Shown: piece by piece, positions 12,301 through 21,263 of the stretch | How the letters are laid out: the number at the start of each line of letters is the position of its first letter | Position numbering within the stretch: the first letter of the stretch is position 1 | Program-made: the position numbers and the translations under genes | Source: Nitrosopumilus sp. | GTDB taxonomy: Archaea; Thermoproteota; Nitrososphaeria; Nitrososphaerales; Nitrosopumilaceae | Assembly (NCBI GenBank): GCA_965203315.1 | Contig: OZ241857.1 | Coordinates: 544,001 to 608,000 of the forward strand | Direction of reading: 5' to 3' | DNA: 64,000 nucleotides | The notes under the pieces: generated by a model | Seen by the model: only the letters and a program-made list of their open reading frames with translations | The model's database searches: none | What the model was told of the DNA's origin: nothing

Positions 12301-12737
12301 CAGGTCTGACGATATCTCGTGATGATGGTAGACCGATAAATCTAGTCTTGGTCCGTACAGACAAGGTATCTGATCTATGGGCAGATGCATTTGGCAACAC
12401 GTGGAGTCGTAACTCGTTTGGTAATTTCGTAATTGTGGAATACGCACCATATGCAGGTACTACTCCAGTATGTACAGACATCAACGACAGAATGTGTGCG
12501 CCATTCAAGGCTAAACTCGACTGGCACAATCAAAAGATGATCGAGCTGCGCGACTCGCTATACGACGCATACAAGACAGAGGCATACGCCGAGATCGACA
12601 ATATCTTCACCTACGAGTTTGGCGACGTGGACTCTCGTACTATAGTCACGAGCGAAATTGTTTTCTTGTTTACTCCCGCATGTGTGTGGTCAGAGACGGA
12701 ATTTGCCTCTGGCAGAACAGCTAACACCAAATTGTGA
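9378..12737 (+). CDS. Large secreted modular surface protein; C-terminus altered by a MITE
   Basis: Signal peptide ending VHA; Thr-rich; modules shared with the 25006 and 58601 proteins. Confidence 0.85.
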   Translation: MYNHHLISALVLITVVSFLISSPHDVHASDLLTIPPLITNTTNNAITFWPDQGGDNKISNDAPSLRYLDVGNSASADLYLAADTFTLVHPLFEGIDDDYKCRADFEHVQHLHVGRVPGFAIPDNISPRTPTSSLFAYGLDFASCTPDPEAVHSQPLITDKEMRYTIYGKADKQPYYFSPRDNITAAQLIPACTTDIIDTSDNNTLKGDNTMCYGKHGSDMVIITKQLTGFYGAADSVTTPATASSSSDAVTGKIQTHEYYTEKINSTSLIEYPNPVFLYNTLPLCEDSVRGTYHTIQMTTKGDILFKYALNGVQFDGRLFLTLTDHTPKKTISLDSNFVQQRGNWYNYNSTLPKSILDQFGNFTSINARLFVTNDTIPNKNIFSNSSTGSPLYYKSQKKAIMELPDAADTVTFVPGKVPGVRGNVHVPQGDTVPLTAEILCQFGHIQPSPSAQVFDLGISADNATNGLEIKYEFTSKTFYQGAEEQKPTKFFWIATDSDGNSVNGDTTRTITNSYNFVIPQSTSGTYDIVIYGSDAERTLIGTHAGSYTFAASTSTPSQTLTITIPNTTPSTATIGLNTQTANEIKFITRETSQGSGTRYHHHDDDSDDTRADITIHYNTKITSKTFDVTSNTFCYNAELQVGNDITVPKLNSYMALALEITDFTPKCPNYPNISFDGKLVLNKEVYIRLNGTDGQNIFYHVNGTNDIVQIPKCTSTNFDSSDNTLKGNTEVCYGKDGADTVIVSKILAIFGATTESIPKSGTLTGPDTIKPTTRGDQDDKDSGKSRDLANAPTFGVSQLTGEQLVTCGYKMDDTCRDITAYHVQYERDTIQTNTTHTFAIKTLAPNMLYNVILAFSVPSVGSPVSAAEAYISVTLGVNYSEPSYHYITDVTVHDPNNIIDYDIQNTTVSRVSCSGAELQCTQVTFPDVLFREAMNHEPFAIQVTDTLLSTAINYMNEGVFVTGTSLNAAPTVQPGLTISRDDGRPINLVLVRTDKVSDLWADAFGNTWSRNSFGNFVIVEYAPYAGTTPVCTDINDRMCAPFKAKLDWHNQKMIELRDSLYDAYKTEAYAEIDNIFTYEFGDVDSRTIVTSEIVFLFTPACVWSETEFASGRTANTKL

Positions 12738-12776
12738 TACTACAGACTAGGAAAATTATTCTGTTCGCGACTATAG
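12640..12776. mobile_element. MITE-A copy 2, inside the 3' end of the surface-protein gene
   Basis: CTATAGTCACGAG...TTCGCGACTATAG; TA duplication. Confidence 0.88.
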
Positions 12777-12828
12777 AACACTGATCAATCTAGGTTGGCT
12801 AACCGAGTAGATACAAATCTCTTACTAT

Positions 12829-12965
12829 GGACTGTATGCGTATTTCTTACATCATACTCACGTTAAGTCAACAAAACACAGGTGTAATTTCTAGAGGCAG
12901 ATTGATTCATTGTTACCATGTTTGATGATTGGGCATGGGCACTCTTAATAATACGCATACAGTCT
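12829..12965. mobile_element. MITE-C copy 1
   Basis: TIRs GACTGTATGCGTATT...AATACGCATACAGTC; near-duplicate at 14914..15054. Confidence 0.85.
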
Positions 12966-13110
12966 ATAAGCTTCTTAGTTTAAGTAATAGACAAATAGGT
13001 GCTTGAGTGCAAAATTTAGACCGATACGTTTTGAAGCACAATTTTGGAAAATACTTTTGCACTTTGGTATATATTCACATGGATAAAAGAACCATCACAA
13101 GCATGGTAGA

Positions 13111-14433
13111 TTATGTAAGTAGTGTTTGTGATTTCTGAGGGATCACCAAATTTTCATACCCTTGTGGTTTCTTTAACGCATTTAGAAAATCTTGATGGCT
13201 TTGATGTTTGATAAAAAAGAAAAAATTAGGATCAGTAATATTAAGCCGTTTGGAGTTACAATCAAAATCAAATATTGATGGTATTATGTTGTGATTTTGT
13301 TGATAGAATTGTATTCTATTAAGAAACACAGTCAATGATCTGTCAAATTGCATGTTATTTTGTTCTGGATGAATTTTTTTGATCTCATTTTTTATCTCAT
13401 CTATTGATACACCTTGTTGAATTTGTTCTACAGTAAATTTTGATAATATCACATATATGAAAAAATATGGTATTCCTAATCCTTTGCCTCCATCTTGAGA
13501 TTTCCTCGATCGTGAATATGCAAACGTTTCCAACGATCTGTAAAACTTTCCAGAATAAGTGTTGGCGATCTTATTAATTACTCGTTGTAAATTTTCTATA
13601 GTGATCTTTTTTGGCTCACCGATTACGGTTTCTAACACATTTGCATCATAGCAACACTCTTTACACAACTCTTGTAACATGCCGACGTTACAAAAAGATT
13701 CGACAATTAACTGATCTTTTATGTCTCTCATATCGATATTGAGTGATTTTTCACCTAGTGATATTATTTGTTGTAGTTCAACTTCTTCCCAAGGTTCAAC
13801 TGACAATTCAAATATTCTATCTTGTAGATCGCCATTATTCTGCACTAGCCTGTTCTTTTCTCTCCAAATCCCTAAAATAACAACCCTGACATCAATATCC
13901 TGAAAAGTTCTTAAATCAAACGCAAATAGTTGTTGTACCCTTTCGTCTAAATAGTGGAAATTCTCAAACACTACGACTTTGTCTGGAAAATGTTCTTTTA
14001 ATAATTCGGCCACTCCTTGAGCACTACTTATGTCTAATTGTAATTCAGAAAGTGTATCTCTTTTATCTTTTTTCGAGATAATCTCTACTTCGGATTCTAC
14101 ATTTGTGAGCAGTTTTACCTTAAAGTTGAATTTTGTTTGATGCATGTCTGAACTTTCACTAGATGAACTAGATTGAATGGTGACGTTTATTTTTTGCAAA
14201 ATCATTTTATAAATATCTGATAAATCTGTTGATGCTGAACACCGTATGGTTATTTTCCTATCGTGTTTTATGTGCGTATTCAAAAGTGTTGTTTTTCCTT
14301 GTTTGGATGAACCATACACTACAAGTTGTTTTTTCTGCAAAATCGCTCGTTTAAAACACTCTTCGATCTCCTTTCGTGTTATTTGCGTCTCTAGTTTGTC
14401 ATTGATCACGCCAAAGACTTTTTCTAAAATCAT
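13111..14433 (-). CDS. Stand-alone P-loop ATPase (AAA/STAND-like)
   Basis: Walker A GSSKQGKT, Walker B VVVFENFH; very AT-rich. Confidence 0.75.
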   Translation of the reverse strand: MILEKVFGVINDKLETQITRKEIEECFKRAILQKKQLVVYGSSKQGKTTLLNTHIKHDRKITIRCSASTDLSDIYKMILQKINVTIQSSSSSESSDMHQTKFNFKVKLLTNVESEVEIISKKDKRDTLSELQLDISSAQGVAELLKEHFPDKVVVFENFHYLDERVQQLFAFDLRTFQDIDVRVVILGIWREKNRLVQNNGDLQDRIFELSVEPWEEVELQQIISLGEKSLNIDMRDIKDQLIVESFCNVGMLQELCKECCYDANVLETVIGEPKKITIENLQRVINKIANTYSGKFYRSLETFAYSRSRKSQDGGKGLGIPYFFIYVILSKFTVEQIQQGVSIDEIKNEIKKIHPEQNNMQFDRSLTVFLNRIQFYQQNHNIIPSIFDFDCNSKRLNITDPNFFFFIKHQSHQDFLNALKKPQGYENLVIPQKSQTLLT

Positions 14434-14527
14434 GATTAGATTACGCTAGAAGTGCATTTAAAGATAATATTTATACATATTGTAATATGTCGTGTAACCG
14501 GTTACTGTATAGTTAGTGTGTTCGATG

Positions 14528-14650
14528 TTTTCACGTTTTTCAGTGATTTCAGTGATTTCAGATAGTTGCATGGTATACTGGTAGGCAAAAGTTGGCTGAT
14601 CTCAGTATTTTCACGTTTTTCAGTGATTTCAGTTATGATTTCAGCTCTTT
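14528..14650. repeat. Short direct repeats (TTTTCACGTTTTTCAGTGATTTCAGT x2, with TTCAGTGAT subunits)
   Basis: Copies start near 14528 and 14608. Confidence 0.65.
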
Positions 14651-14832
14651 CACTTAACGAGAGGGATGGCGGTCAATGGTTTTCATGCAACACTCTCTAA
14701 AAATTTCACAAGTTATGAAAAATGTCTAGATCACCTATTGTAGATTATTACGGTCAAGTTGCATACAGTACGTTTCTTAAAATAACTGCCTATTGATCTT
14801 AACTCCATGATAAGTTAAGAGAACCGTACGTC

Positions 14833-15091
14833 GGATCTTTTCGGTTTACGTAGGACAGATAGTTACGGAAAAAGCACCACTAGAGTCTGTAAGGGAAAAT
14901 TATGGAAAGCCTTAGACTGTATGCGTATTTCTTACATCATGCGCACATTTTAAGGTACAATAAAACACAGGTGTAATTTCTAGAGGCAAATTGATTCATT
15001 GTTATCGTGTTTGATGATTGGGTATGGGCACTCTCAATAATACGCATACAGTCTCTTGTGAAATCCCATATTACATAAACCGAAGAGAATC
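14833..15091. mobile_element. MITE-B (inverted) interrupted by MITE-C
   Basis: GGATCTTTTCGGTTTACG...ATAAACCGAAGAGAATC; excising 14914..15054 and one CTT restores AAAGCCTTGTGAAAT. Confidence 0.85.
14914..15054. mobile_element. MITE-C copy 2
   Basis: 16-bp TIR AGACTGTATGCGTATT; 3-bp TSD CTT. Confidence 0.88.
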
Positions 15092-15221
15092 GATAGGGAT
15101 CTCATCACATATATCGTCTAGTTATAGTTGTCCAAATCAATTCTAGAGAATTGTTATGTCTTGATGATATATTGTATAAAAAAATCAGTACATGGTTAAA
15201 AAAAAGAGGTTGTTGATGCTG

Positions 15222-15923
15222 TCAATTTCGTTCAAAGTGACAAGATGGAGAGTCTTCAGGACAATAAAATTCGGCACCGTCTACACATCCATTGTCTACT
15301 GCCCATTGATCATTTTGGAATTCACTCTGCATACAAAACTCCAACCACATTGTTCCATGTGGGCTGAGTACTAGTGCTTCGTTGAGGTTTATGTCGTTAC
15401 AGTATACGACTCCAATTATTCGACCTTGTAGATTTCCTATCTGTCCGTCATCTTCATCAACAGTAGCAGTAGATCCTACTGGACATATGCTCTCAATGTA
15501 TGCTTTTGCTTCAGGGCCTCCCGGCTCTGTGATCTCTGCTGATGATGCTATCGCAAATCTGATTCGATTGTCATCTATCTTGATTGTGTGTCCTTCAACC
15601 ACTTCAGTCACTGTTCCAGTTATACAGCTTGCACTACCCGAACACCTAGGATCAGACTCCATCACATCTGCCATTGAGCTAGAATTCGACAAGATGCCTT
15701 GGTCTATCAAGTATTGAATTGCTGCAAGAAACTCTGTATCTGTGATACTACCTTCGACCCAAAACTTTGCAGTGTCTTTTATCCAAGATGGAATCATATC
15801 CGAGTCTGCAGCAAATGCTACAGACGTGAAAGATGTTCCAGCCATCAACAAGATGCTAAAGAGTACTATGGCATATTGCATTATGAACGATAATACTCGC
15901 CTGTTTATATAATTGCTGATCAA
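15222..15923 (-). CDS. Secreted SNase/thermonuclease-like protein with thaumarchaeal IPxWIK motif
   Basis: Signal peptide; IPSWIKDTAKFW...EFLAAIQYLI; GTVTEVVEGHTI, IRFA, GRIIG and NLNEALV. Confidence 0.75.
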   Translation of the reverse strand: MISNYINRRVLSFIMQYAIVLFSILLMAGTSFTSVAFAADSDMIPSWIKDTAKFWVEGSITDTEFLAAIQYLIDQGILSNSSSMADVMESDPRCSGSASCITGTVTEVVEGHTIKIDDNRIRFAIASSAEITEPGGPEAKAYIESICPVGSTATVDEDDGQIGNLQGRIIGVVYCNDINLNEALVLSPHGTMWLEFCMQSEFQNDQWAVDNGCVDGAEFYCPEDSPSCHFERN

Positions 15924-16168
15924 GGTTCATTAATTTGACGTGGTTAGCATCTGCATAAAATTCTTGAAACTTTGCAAAATGTGGGAACTATCTCATACCA
16001 GATATCGTGAATTACTGATGTCTCGAGTCTTATATTGTGCATTCTTTGAGATAACGTCATCGCGATCTCAATCCCCATCAATTGAACAGAACCGTACTGT
16101 CCTCAGATCCAGTCAACCTCGCAGAAAATCTAGATAGATTAATTTCTATGTACGAGATGTGATATTGT

Positions 16169-16579
16169 ATGAGACATGTGATCAGGTTTTTTGGCCATAA
16201 GAACATTAGGTCATTACACACCAAGACGATCGAGATAACATGCGATAGAGATCTCACTGTTGCAGGAGACTGTATAGTTGGAGTATCGGCAGAGTCTGGC
16301 TGTGCAGAACTGCCGGAGACACTTAAGACTCTACTGAGATCAGATAGATCAGTCAAATTCACTTTATGCGTAAATAAACATAATTTTGTAATCAATGGAC
16401 GCGGCAGTCCAAAACTAGTACTCGATCATCGAACAGACATTGTCTTGAGAAAGAGTAAGTTCATCTGTCCTAGGACTATATCCATATGCTGTGATCAGAC
16501 AGCCGACAAGGTACCAAAAGAGATGATCAGGTTGTTACAGGATCCAAGTACTAGTGGCAAGTTGATCATCGAAGTGTAA
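16169..16579 (+). CDS. DUF371 family protein
   Basis: GHKNIRSLHTKTIEIT, GDCIVGV and IVLRKS motifs. Confidence 0.85.
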   Translation: MRHVIRFFGHKNIRSLHTKTIEITCDRDLTVAGDCIVGVSAESGCAELPETLKTLLRSDRSVKFTLCVNKHNFVINGRGSPKLVLDHRTDIVLRKSKFICPRTISICCDQTADKVPKEMIRLLQDPSTSGKLIIEV

Positions 16580-16609
16580 CATTTATAGATCAAAGCAGAC
16601 CGTATATTG

Positions 16610-16729
16610 ATGGGCACAAAGACCAATTTGTTCATTCTAGTACCTCTTGCCACTTTTGCAGCAATCATTCTTGGATTTGGATTATACAACACGTTGTGCA
16701 AGAATGCAAATATTCCACTAGGTTGTTAG
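16610..16729 (+). CDS. 39-aa single-TM small protein (below ORF-track cutoff)
   Basis: MGTKTNLFILVPLATFAAIILGFGLYNTLCKNANIPLGC; TTTATA 28 bp upstream. Confidence 0.5.
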   Translation: MGTKTNLFILVPLATFAAIILGFGLYNTLCKNANIPLGC

Positions 16730-16833
16730 TGAACAGTAAATATTGTATCAAACACAGTCGGGTCTCAACTCGACCAATGATCACCAACACATATCTTGGT
16801 CTAATCTACAACTAGATATCATTTATCAAATCG

Positions 16834-17211
16834 ATGTTATTCAAGATATATGTGTCAACAGATGTGAATACCAGTAAAAAGATCGATAAAAGAACGATCA
16901 GACTTCGTGTACATGATCCTCCAACCACTGCTCAGATGAAACAACTTCGTGCCTACTTTAACGAGATGCCTATGGAAGAGATATTGACAGGTTTAAAGTT
17001 TGCAAAGAATCGTTGGTCAGCAAAAGATTCTGGAACTCTTCGCGTTGGGAGACGCGGCATAGTTCAGAAAGAGGTTCATTCTGTAACCTCCGAGCAGGCC
17101 AAATGGCGACTAGATAATTGGAAGTTGATGATTGCTAACTATCGCAGACGTGGATACAGCTATCCTACAATCTCACGAATCAAAAAGGTACTGATCCAAA
17201 AAACAGTTTAA
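16834..17211 (+). CDS. Basic hypothetical protein
   Basis: Clean ORF within a core-gene block. Confidence 0.65.
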   Translation: MLFKIYVSTDVNTSKKIDKRTIRLRVHDPPTTAQMKQLRAYFNEMPMEEILTGLKFAKNRWSAKDSGTLRVGRRGIVQKEVHSVTSEQAKWRLDNWKLMIANYRRRGYSYPTISRIKKVLIQKTV

Positions 17212-17316
17212 ATGAATAGCCGTATGTGATATTCTACAACAAAGACTATGATCTATTGATGGCTAGTTATCATATTACACTATTCAAAACGACGAGATAA
17301 ATTAAAAATATCGAGC

Positions 17317-17715
17317 CTACTCTTTGGTAGGATCTCGACTAAGTATATTCAAAACATGTTCGACTATCTGCTTTTGACCACCTTCATGCAAGTCTTGGCG
17401 AATCGCGTCAGAGCCAACGCTGATAAAGATCAAGTTGTCATCGCCTAATGGAAATGTTATCCTGGTGAGTCGTTCAAATGATGCTACAGCATACATGCCT
17501 CGACCTATCTTTGGGTATAGTGCCTTGCGACCCTTCCAAGAACTTGCTGCACGTTTGAGTGACGCTGCTGTCTCTTCGGGTGATAGATAGTTTACAACTC
17601 CAGATCTGTGACTCGTAGCGATTATCGTTCCTTCAATATCTGTTATGATGCTGTGTCGTATATTGATGTCAGAGTTCATTATACGCTTCAAGAGGTTATC
17701 ATAGTTCATCAACAT
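17317..17715 (-). CDS. Roadblock/profilin-fold-like thaumarchaeal protein
   Basis: IRHSIITDIEG, KIGRGMYAVASFERLTRITFPL pattern. Confidence 0.7.
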   Translation of the reverse strand: MLMNYDNLLKRIMNSDINIRHSIITDIEGTIIATSHRSGVVNYLSPEETAASLKRAASSWKGRKALYPKIGRGMYAVASFERLTRITFPLGDDNLIFISVGSDAIRQDLHEGGQKQIVEHVLNILSRDPTKE

Positions 17716-17895
17716 TGTCTAGTATTTGGAATTACTTAAGTATCGTGGTATGTGTAGATTGTGTGTGTAGATTGTTCGGTAATCACGCCCTGCCTAATCT
17801 TCGATATCGATGTTTGAACCTAACGTACATCACATTATCTTGACAACGAGTGTGATGAGCAGACTATAAATTAAACTCTTACGAGCATTCATCAT

Positions 17896-18633
17896 ATGCT
17901 TCCTGCACAACAAGGCTACGATCGTGCTATAACGGTATTCTCTCCTGATGGTAGACTATATCAAGTCGAGTATGCTATAGAGACTGTTCGTCGTGGTGCA
18001 ATAGCTGTAGGCATAAAATGTAAGCAAGGTATAGTAATCGCTGTAGAAGAAAAGTCAAGAAAACTACAGATAACAGATGTGGCACAAAAGATATTTCAGA
18101 TCGATGACCATGTGGGCGTGGCCGCAGCTGGTTATATCCCAGACGCACGAAGTCAAGTGGATAAAGCGCGGCTCTTCTCTCAAAGCAACAGAATGATTTA
18201 TGATGAAGCAGTAGATGTCGAGTCTATTGCAAAACATTTAGCTGATCAATCGCAACAATATACACAGTATGCTGGAGTGAGACCATTTGGCGTTGCTCTG
18301 ATTTTGGGTGGAGTGACAAACAAGACTCCTCAACTATATTTGACAGATCCTAGTGGAACATACATTTCGTATGATGCAATTGCGATAGGCTCTAGCTCAG
18401 ATCAAGTAACAGACTTTTTAGAAAAGACATATACCAACGATCTCTCACTAGATGACGCGTCAGCGCTTGCAACTGCAGGAATCTATATTGCTAGTGATGA
18501 CAAAGAGCGATCCGATCAGATCAGGATGGCTCACATCGGCGCCGAGTCTGAGGTATATGAACTAGTCTCTCAGGACAAGATCACAGAGTATGTTGATCAA
18601 AGCAAGAAAAAATACCCAAACCCCAACGCATAA
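17896..18633 (+). CDS. psmA: Proteasome subunit alpha
   Basis: GYDRAITVFSPDGRLYQVEYA, RPFGVALI and TDPSG. Confidence 0.98.
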   Translation: MLPAQQGYDRAITVFSPDGRLYQVEYAIETVRRGAIAVGIKCKQGIVIAVEEKSRKLQITDVAQKIFQIDDHVGVAAAGYIPDARSQVDKARLFSQSNRMIYDEAVDVESIAKHLADQSQQYTQYAGVRPFGVALILGGVTNKTPQLYLTDPSGTYISYDAIAIGSSSDQVTDFLEKTYTNDLSLDDASALATAGIYIASDDKERSDQIRMAHIGAESEVYELVSQDKITEYVDQSKKKYPNPNA

Positions 18634-18639
18634 TACGAC

Positions 18640-19458
18640 ATGAAACTAGCTATCGCAATTCCAGATTCATCACTATCTGACGAATCTCTAAAGATGAACA
18701 AGACGAGAAAAGCAGCCACATTCGCACGCACTTGTGCTATATTTGGCATCGACACGATATTCATATACAGTGATGGTGAATCAAAAGATGGTAAACTATT
18801 AGCGACAATACTACGATATTTGGAGACACCACAGTTTTTACGAAAGATACTCTTTTCAAAACTAAATGACTTAAAGTTTTCAGGTGTTTTGTATCCTTTG
18901 CGAATTCCTAGCCACAACGTTACATCAAAACCAAAAGAGATCAAACGAGGCGATATTCGTGAAGGAATAGTCGTCACAATAAAAGGTAAGCGATTTGTAG
19001 ACACTGGAATAAACCAACTCATTCCATTTTATGGCAGTACAAAGGTAGGTCAGCGCACAACCATCCAGTTCAAAGAAGGCTATCCCAAGTTTTCGATAAA
19101 AGAGATCGGACGTCAAGAGATTACAAAGTATTGGGGCTATACTACAAAAGAGAGATCAAGCTTGTCTGCCCTACTTGAAGAGTGGGAGGGCAACATAATT
19201 CTCACAACAAGAAAGGCCAAGAGCGCTAGTCGCCAACAGATTACAAAGTATCTTGTGTCAAAGAGACCAACTCTTTTGGTATTTGGTTCGCCAGAGAGAG
19301 GCATACATGATATATTGGGATCAAAGATAAGACATGTTCAAAATGCAAAGTCGTTAAACTTTTTTCCAGATCAAATGACACAGACTGTACGTCTTGAAGA
19401 AGCTCTTTTGGGCGTCTTGTCGATAATAAATCACATACGCGCTGACCGTGAAATCTAG
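18640..19458 (+). CDS. SPOUT RNA methyltransferase (DUF171 type)
   Basis: LRYLETPQFLRK, FGSPERG and TVRLEEA. Confidence 0.9.
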   Translation: MKLAIAIPDSSLSDESLKMNKTRKAATFARTCAIFGIDTIFIYSDGESKDGKLLATILRYLETPQFLRKILFSKLNDLKFSGVLYPLRIPSHNVTSKPKEIKRGDIREGIVVTIKGKRFVDTGINQLIPFYGSTKVGQRTTIQFKEGYPKFSIKEIGRQEITKYWGYTTKERSSLSALLEEWEGNIILTTRKAKSASRQQITKYLVSKRPTLLVFGSPERGIHDILGSKIRHVQNAKSLNFFPDQMTQTVRLEEALLGVLSIINHIRADREI

Positions 19459-19540
19459 TTCATGCATACGCATTAGTAGCGAAATCAACCATAGTATGCC
19501 TAATCACATATTGGGCATACATTTACACGATAACATATAC

Positions 19541-19597
19541 GCAACATATCGCATTATATCGCAACATATCGCATTATATCGCAACATATCGCATTAT
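19541..19597. repeat. Tandem repeat, 20-bp unit GCAACATATCGCATTATATC x ~2.9
   Basis: Read directly from the sequence. Confidence 0.9.
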
Positions 19598-19769
19598 TAG
19601 GTCATCACAGACATGCTCTGCGATTATGTCAAAATGAGGCGTTGATCAAAATATTTAGATCAGGCTAGTTAAGAGATTTGAAAACTCAAATGTTATACTA
19701 TACTCGAAACAATGATCAGTTCATGTACATTTTCCTATATTTTATGCGTGTTTTGAGGTACAATGAAAC

Positions 19770-19883
19770 GGATCTTTATGGTTCATGTGGGCTGAGCAGT
19801 TACAGAAAAAGCACATAAGATTCTAAATGAAAATTATGTAAAAAAATCTTGCGAAACTCTATTCCGCATAAATCGAAGGATCC
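19770..19883. mobile_element. MITE-B copy (inverted)
   Basis: GGATCTTTATGGTTCATG...ATAAATCGAAGGATCC; interior matches other copies. Confidence 0.78.
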
Positions 19884-20041
19884 ATGCAATGTACAATATT
19901 TGTAGATCGCTTAGTTTGGCAACCGCCATGACTCCATGACTAAATGAGCGTTTAAATGATTTCAGTCCAAGATACAAGTATACACCAACCAATAAACTAA
20001 AAGAATAGAAAGAAATACTAGAGTATGAATAAAGATTTTAG

Positions 20042-20911
20042 ATGAACAAGAATGAGAAAACAATTCGCGCTCTTATAGAACAAGCAGTGGGGTTAAAAGT
20101 TGATGAATATGAGAGGGCTCTAGAGCTTTATGATTCAGCACTAATGATAGACCCGGATGATTGGATGACATACAAGTGTAAAGCCGACACTTGCCTAGAC
20201 TGCGGTAAATACGACATGGCGATAGAGTGTGCAGAGAAAGCTCTAGAGTTGACAGACAATGAAAGAATTGAAGAGATAGCAACAATAAAGATACTGGCTT
20301 TTGAAAGTAGTGATAGATATGATGAGGGATTAGAATGGGTAGATAAAAAATTAGTAGAGTATGTAGATGATGAAACTGTTGACGATTTCAAATCAATTAT
20401 TTTATATGACAAATATAAAAAATATGGTGGCTTAGAGTTGGCAGAGACTGCAATAAACTTTTACGATGATGCAATACAAAGAACTCCAAACAACTTTGGA
20501 ATACTAAACAGTAAAGGTGAAATATTAACAGACCTTGAGAGATATAGCGAGGCGTTAATGTGTTTTAGTAACGTCATTGCACGATATCCAGATAATGATA
20601 GAGCAATGTTGGGAAAAGCGAATGTACTCTACAAGATGGGGCAGGATAAAAAAGCGATCAAGTTTTGTAAAAAACTCATTAAACTATGCTCTATGGATCC
20701 ACAAATACAAACAAAATTATTCCTGCTCTTAGCTGATCTTAATCAAGTACAAGACATGAACTACCCTCTAGACATGTTGATTGACTGGGATCCAGATGAG
20801 CCCAAATATAGAATAATAAAAAATAAACTAGAAGAAGAAATTTCATCAAAAGAGGGATCTAATAAATTGATCGACTGTACAAAATTTAAGAGACTTTTAA
20901 ATAACCCTTGA
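20042..20911 (+). CDS. TPR repeat protein
   Basis: Repeated helix pairs (ALELYDSALMIDP, KGEILTDLERYSEALMCF). Confidence 0.88.
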   Translation: MNKNEKTIRALIEQAVGLKVDEYERALELYDSALMIDPDDWMTYKCKADTCLDCGKYDMAIECAEKALELTDNERIEEIATIKILAFESSDRYDEGLEWVDKKLVEYVDDETVDDFKSIILYDKYKKYGGLELAETAINFYDDAIQRTPNNFGILNSKGEILTDLERYSEALMCFSNVIARYPDNDRAMLGKANVLYKMGQDKKAIKFCKKLIKLCSMDPQIQTKLFLLLADLNQVQDMNYPLDMLIDWDPDEPKYRIIKNKLEEEISSKEGSNKLIDCTKFKRLLNNP

Positions 20912-21017
20912 ACAGTTATGTAAACTTGACCGTGTTAACGGTCTTGCCAAAAAATTTTCTGCATTTCTCAAGTTGTTGTCAGCTAAATTTAAACACAAAA
21001 TTAACAACATGTTGGGT

Positions 21018-21208
21018 ATTTGGTCACAAACAAAATTGTTTTCTTGTTTACTTTTGCATATGTGGGACAAGATGTAGAATTCACATCTGGCATAACAGAT
21101 AACATCAAATTGTGATACTACATACTAGGAAAATTACTATGTTCACAACTATAGAATCTCGTAGTGTTTTTTCTGCAACCATTCACATCCCACTTACAGA
21201 AGAGATCT
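21018..21208. mobile_element. MITE-A copy 3 (to 21154) joined to the right half of a MITE-B
   Basis: MITE-A interior and end TTCACAACTATAG, then AATCTCGTAGTGTTTTTTCTGCAACC...GAAGAGATCT. Confidence 0.72.
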
Positions 21209-21263
21209 AGACAAGTCGATCTTGACTAGAGTATTTGAAAATCATTCCTGCAATTGATGGGTT

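Noticed and set aside
19541-19597. Possible CRISPR array
   Set aside because: Units are contiguous with no unique spacers, and no cas genes are in the window.
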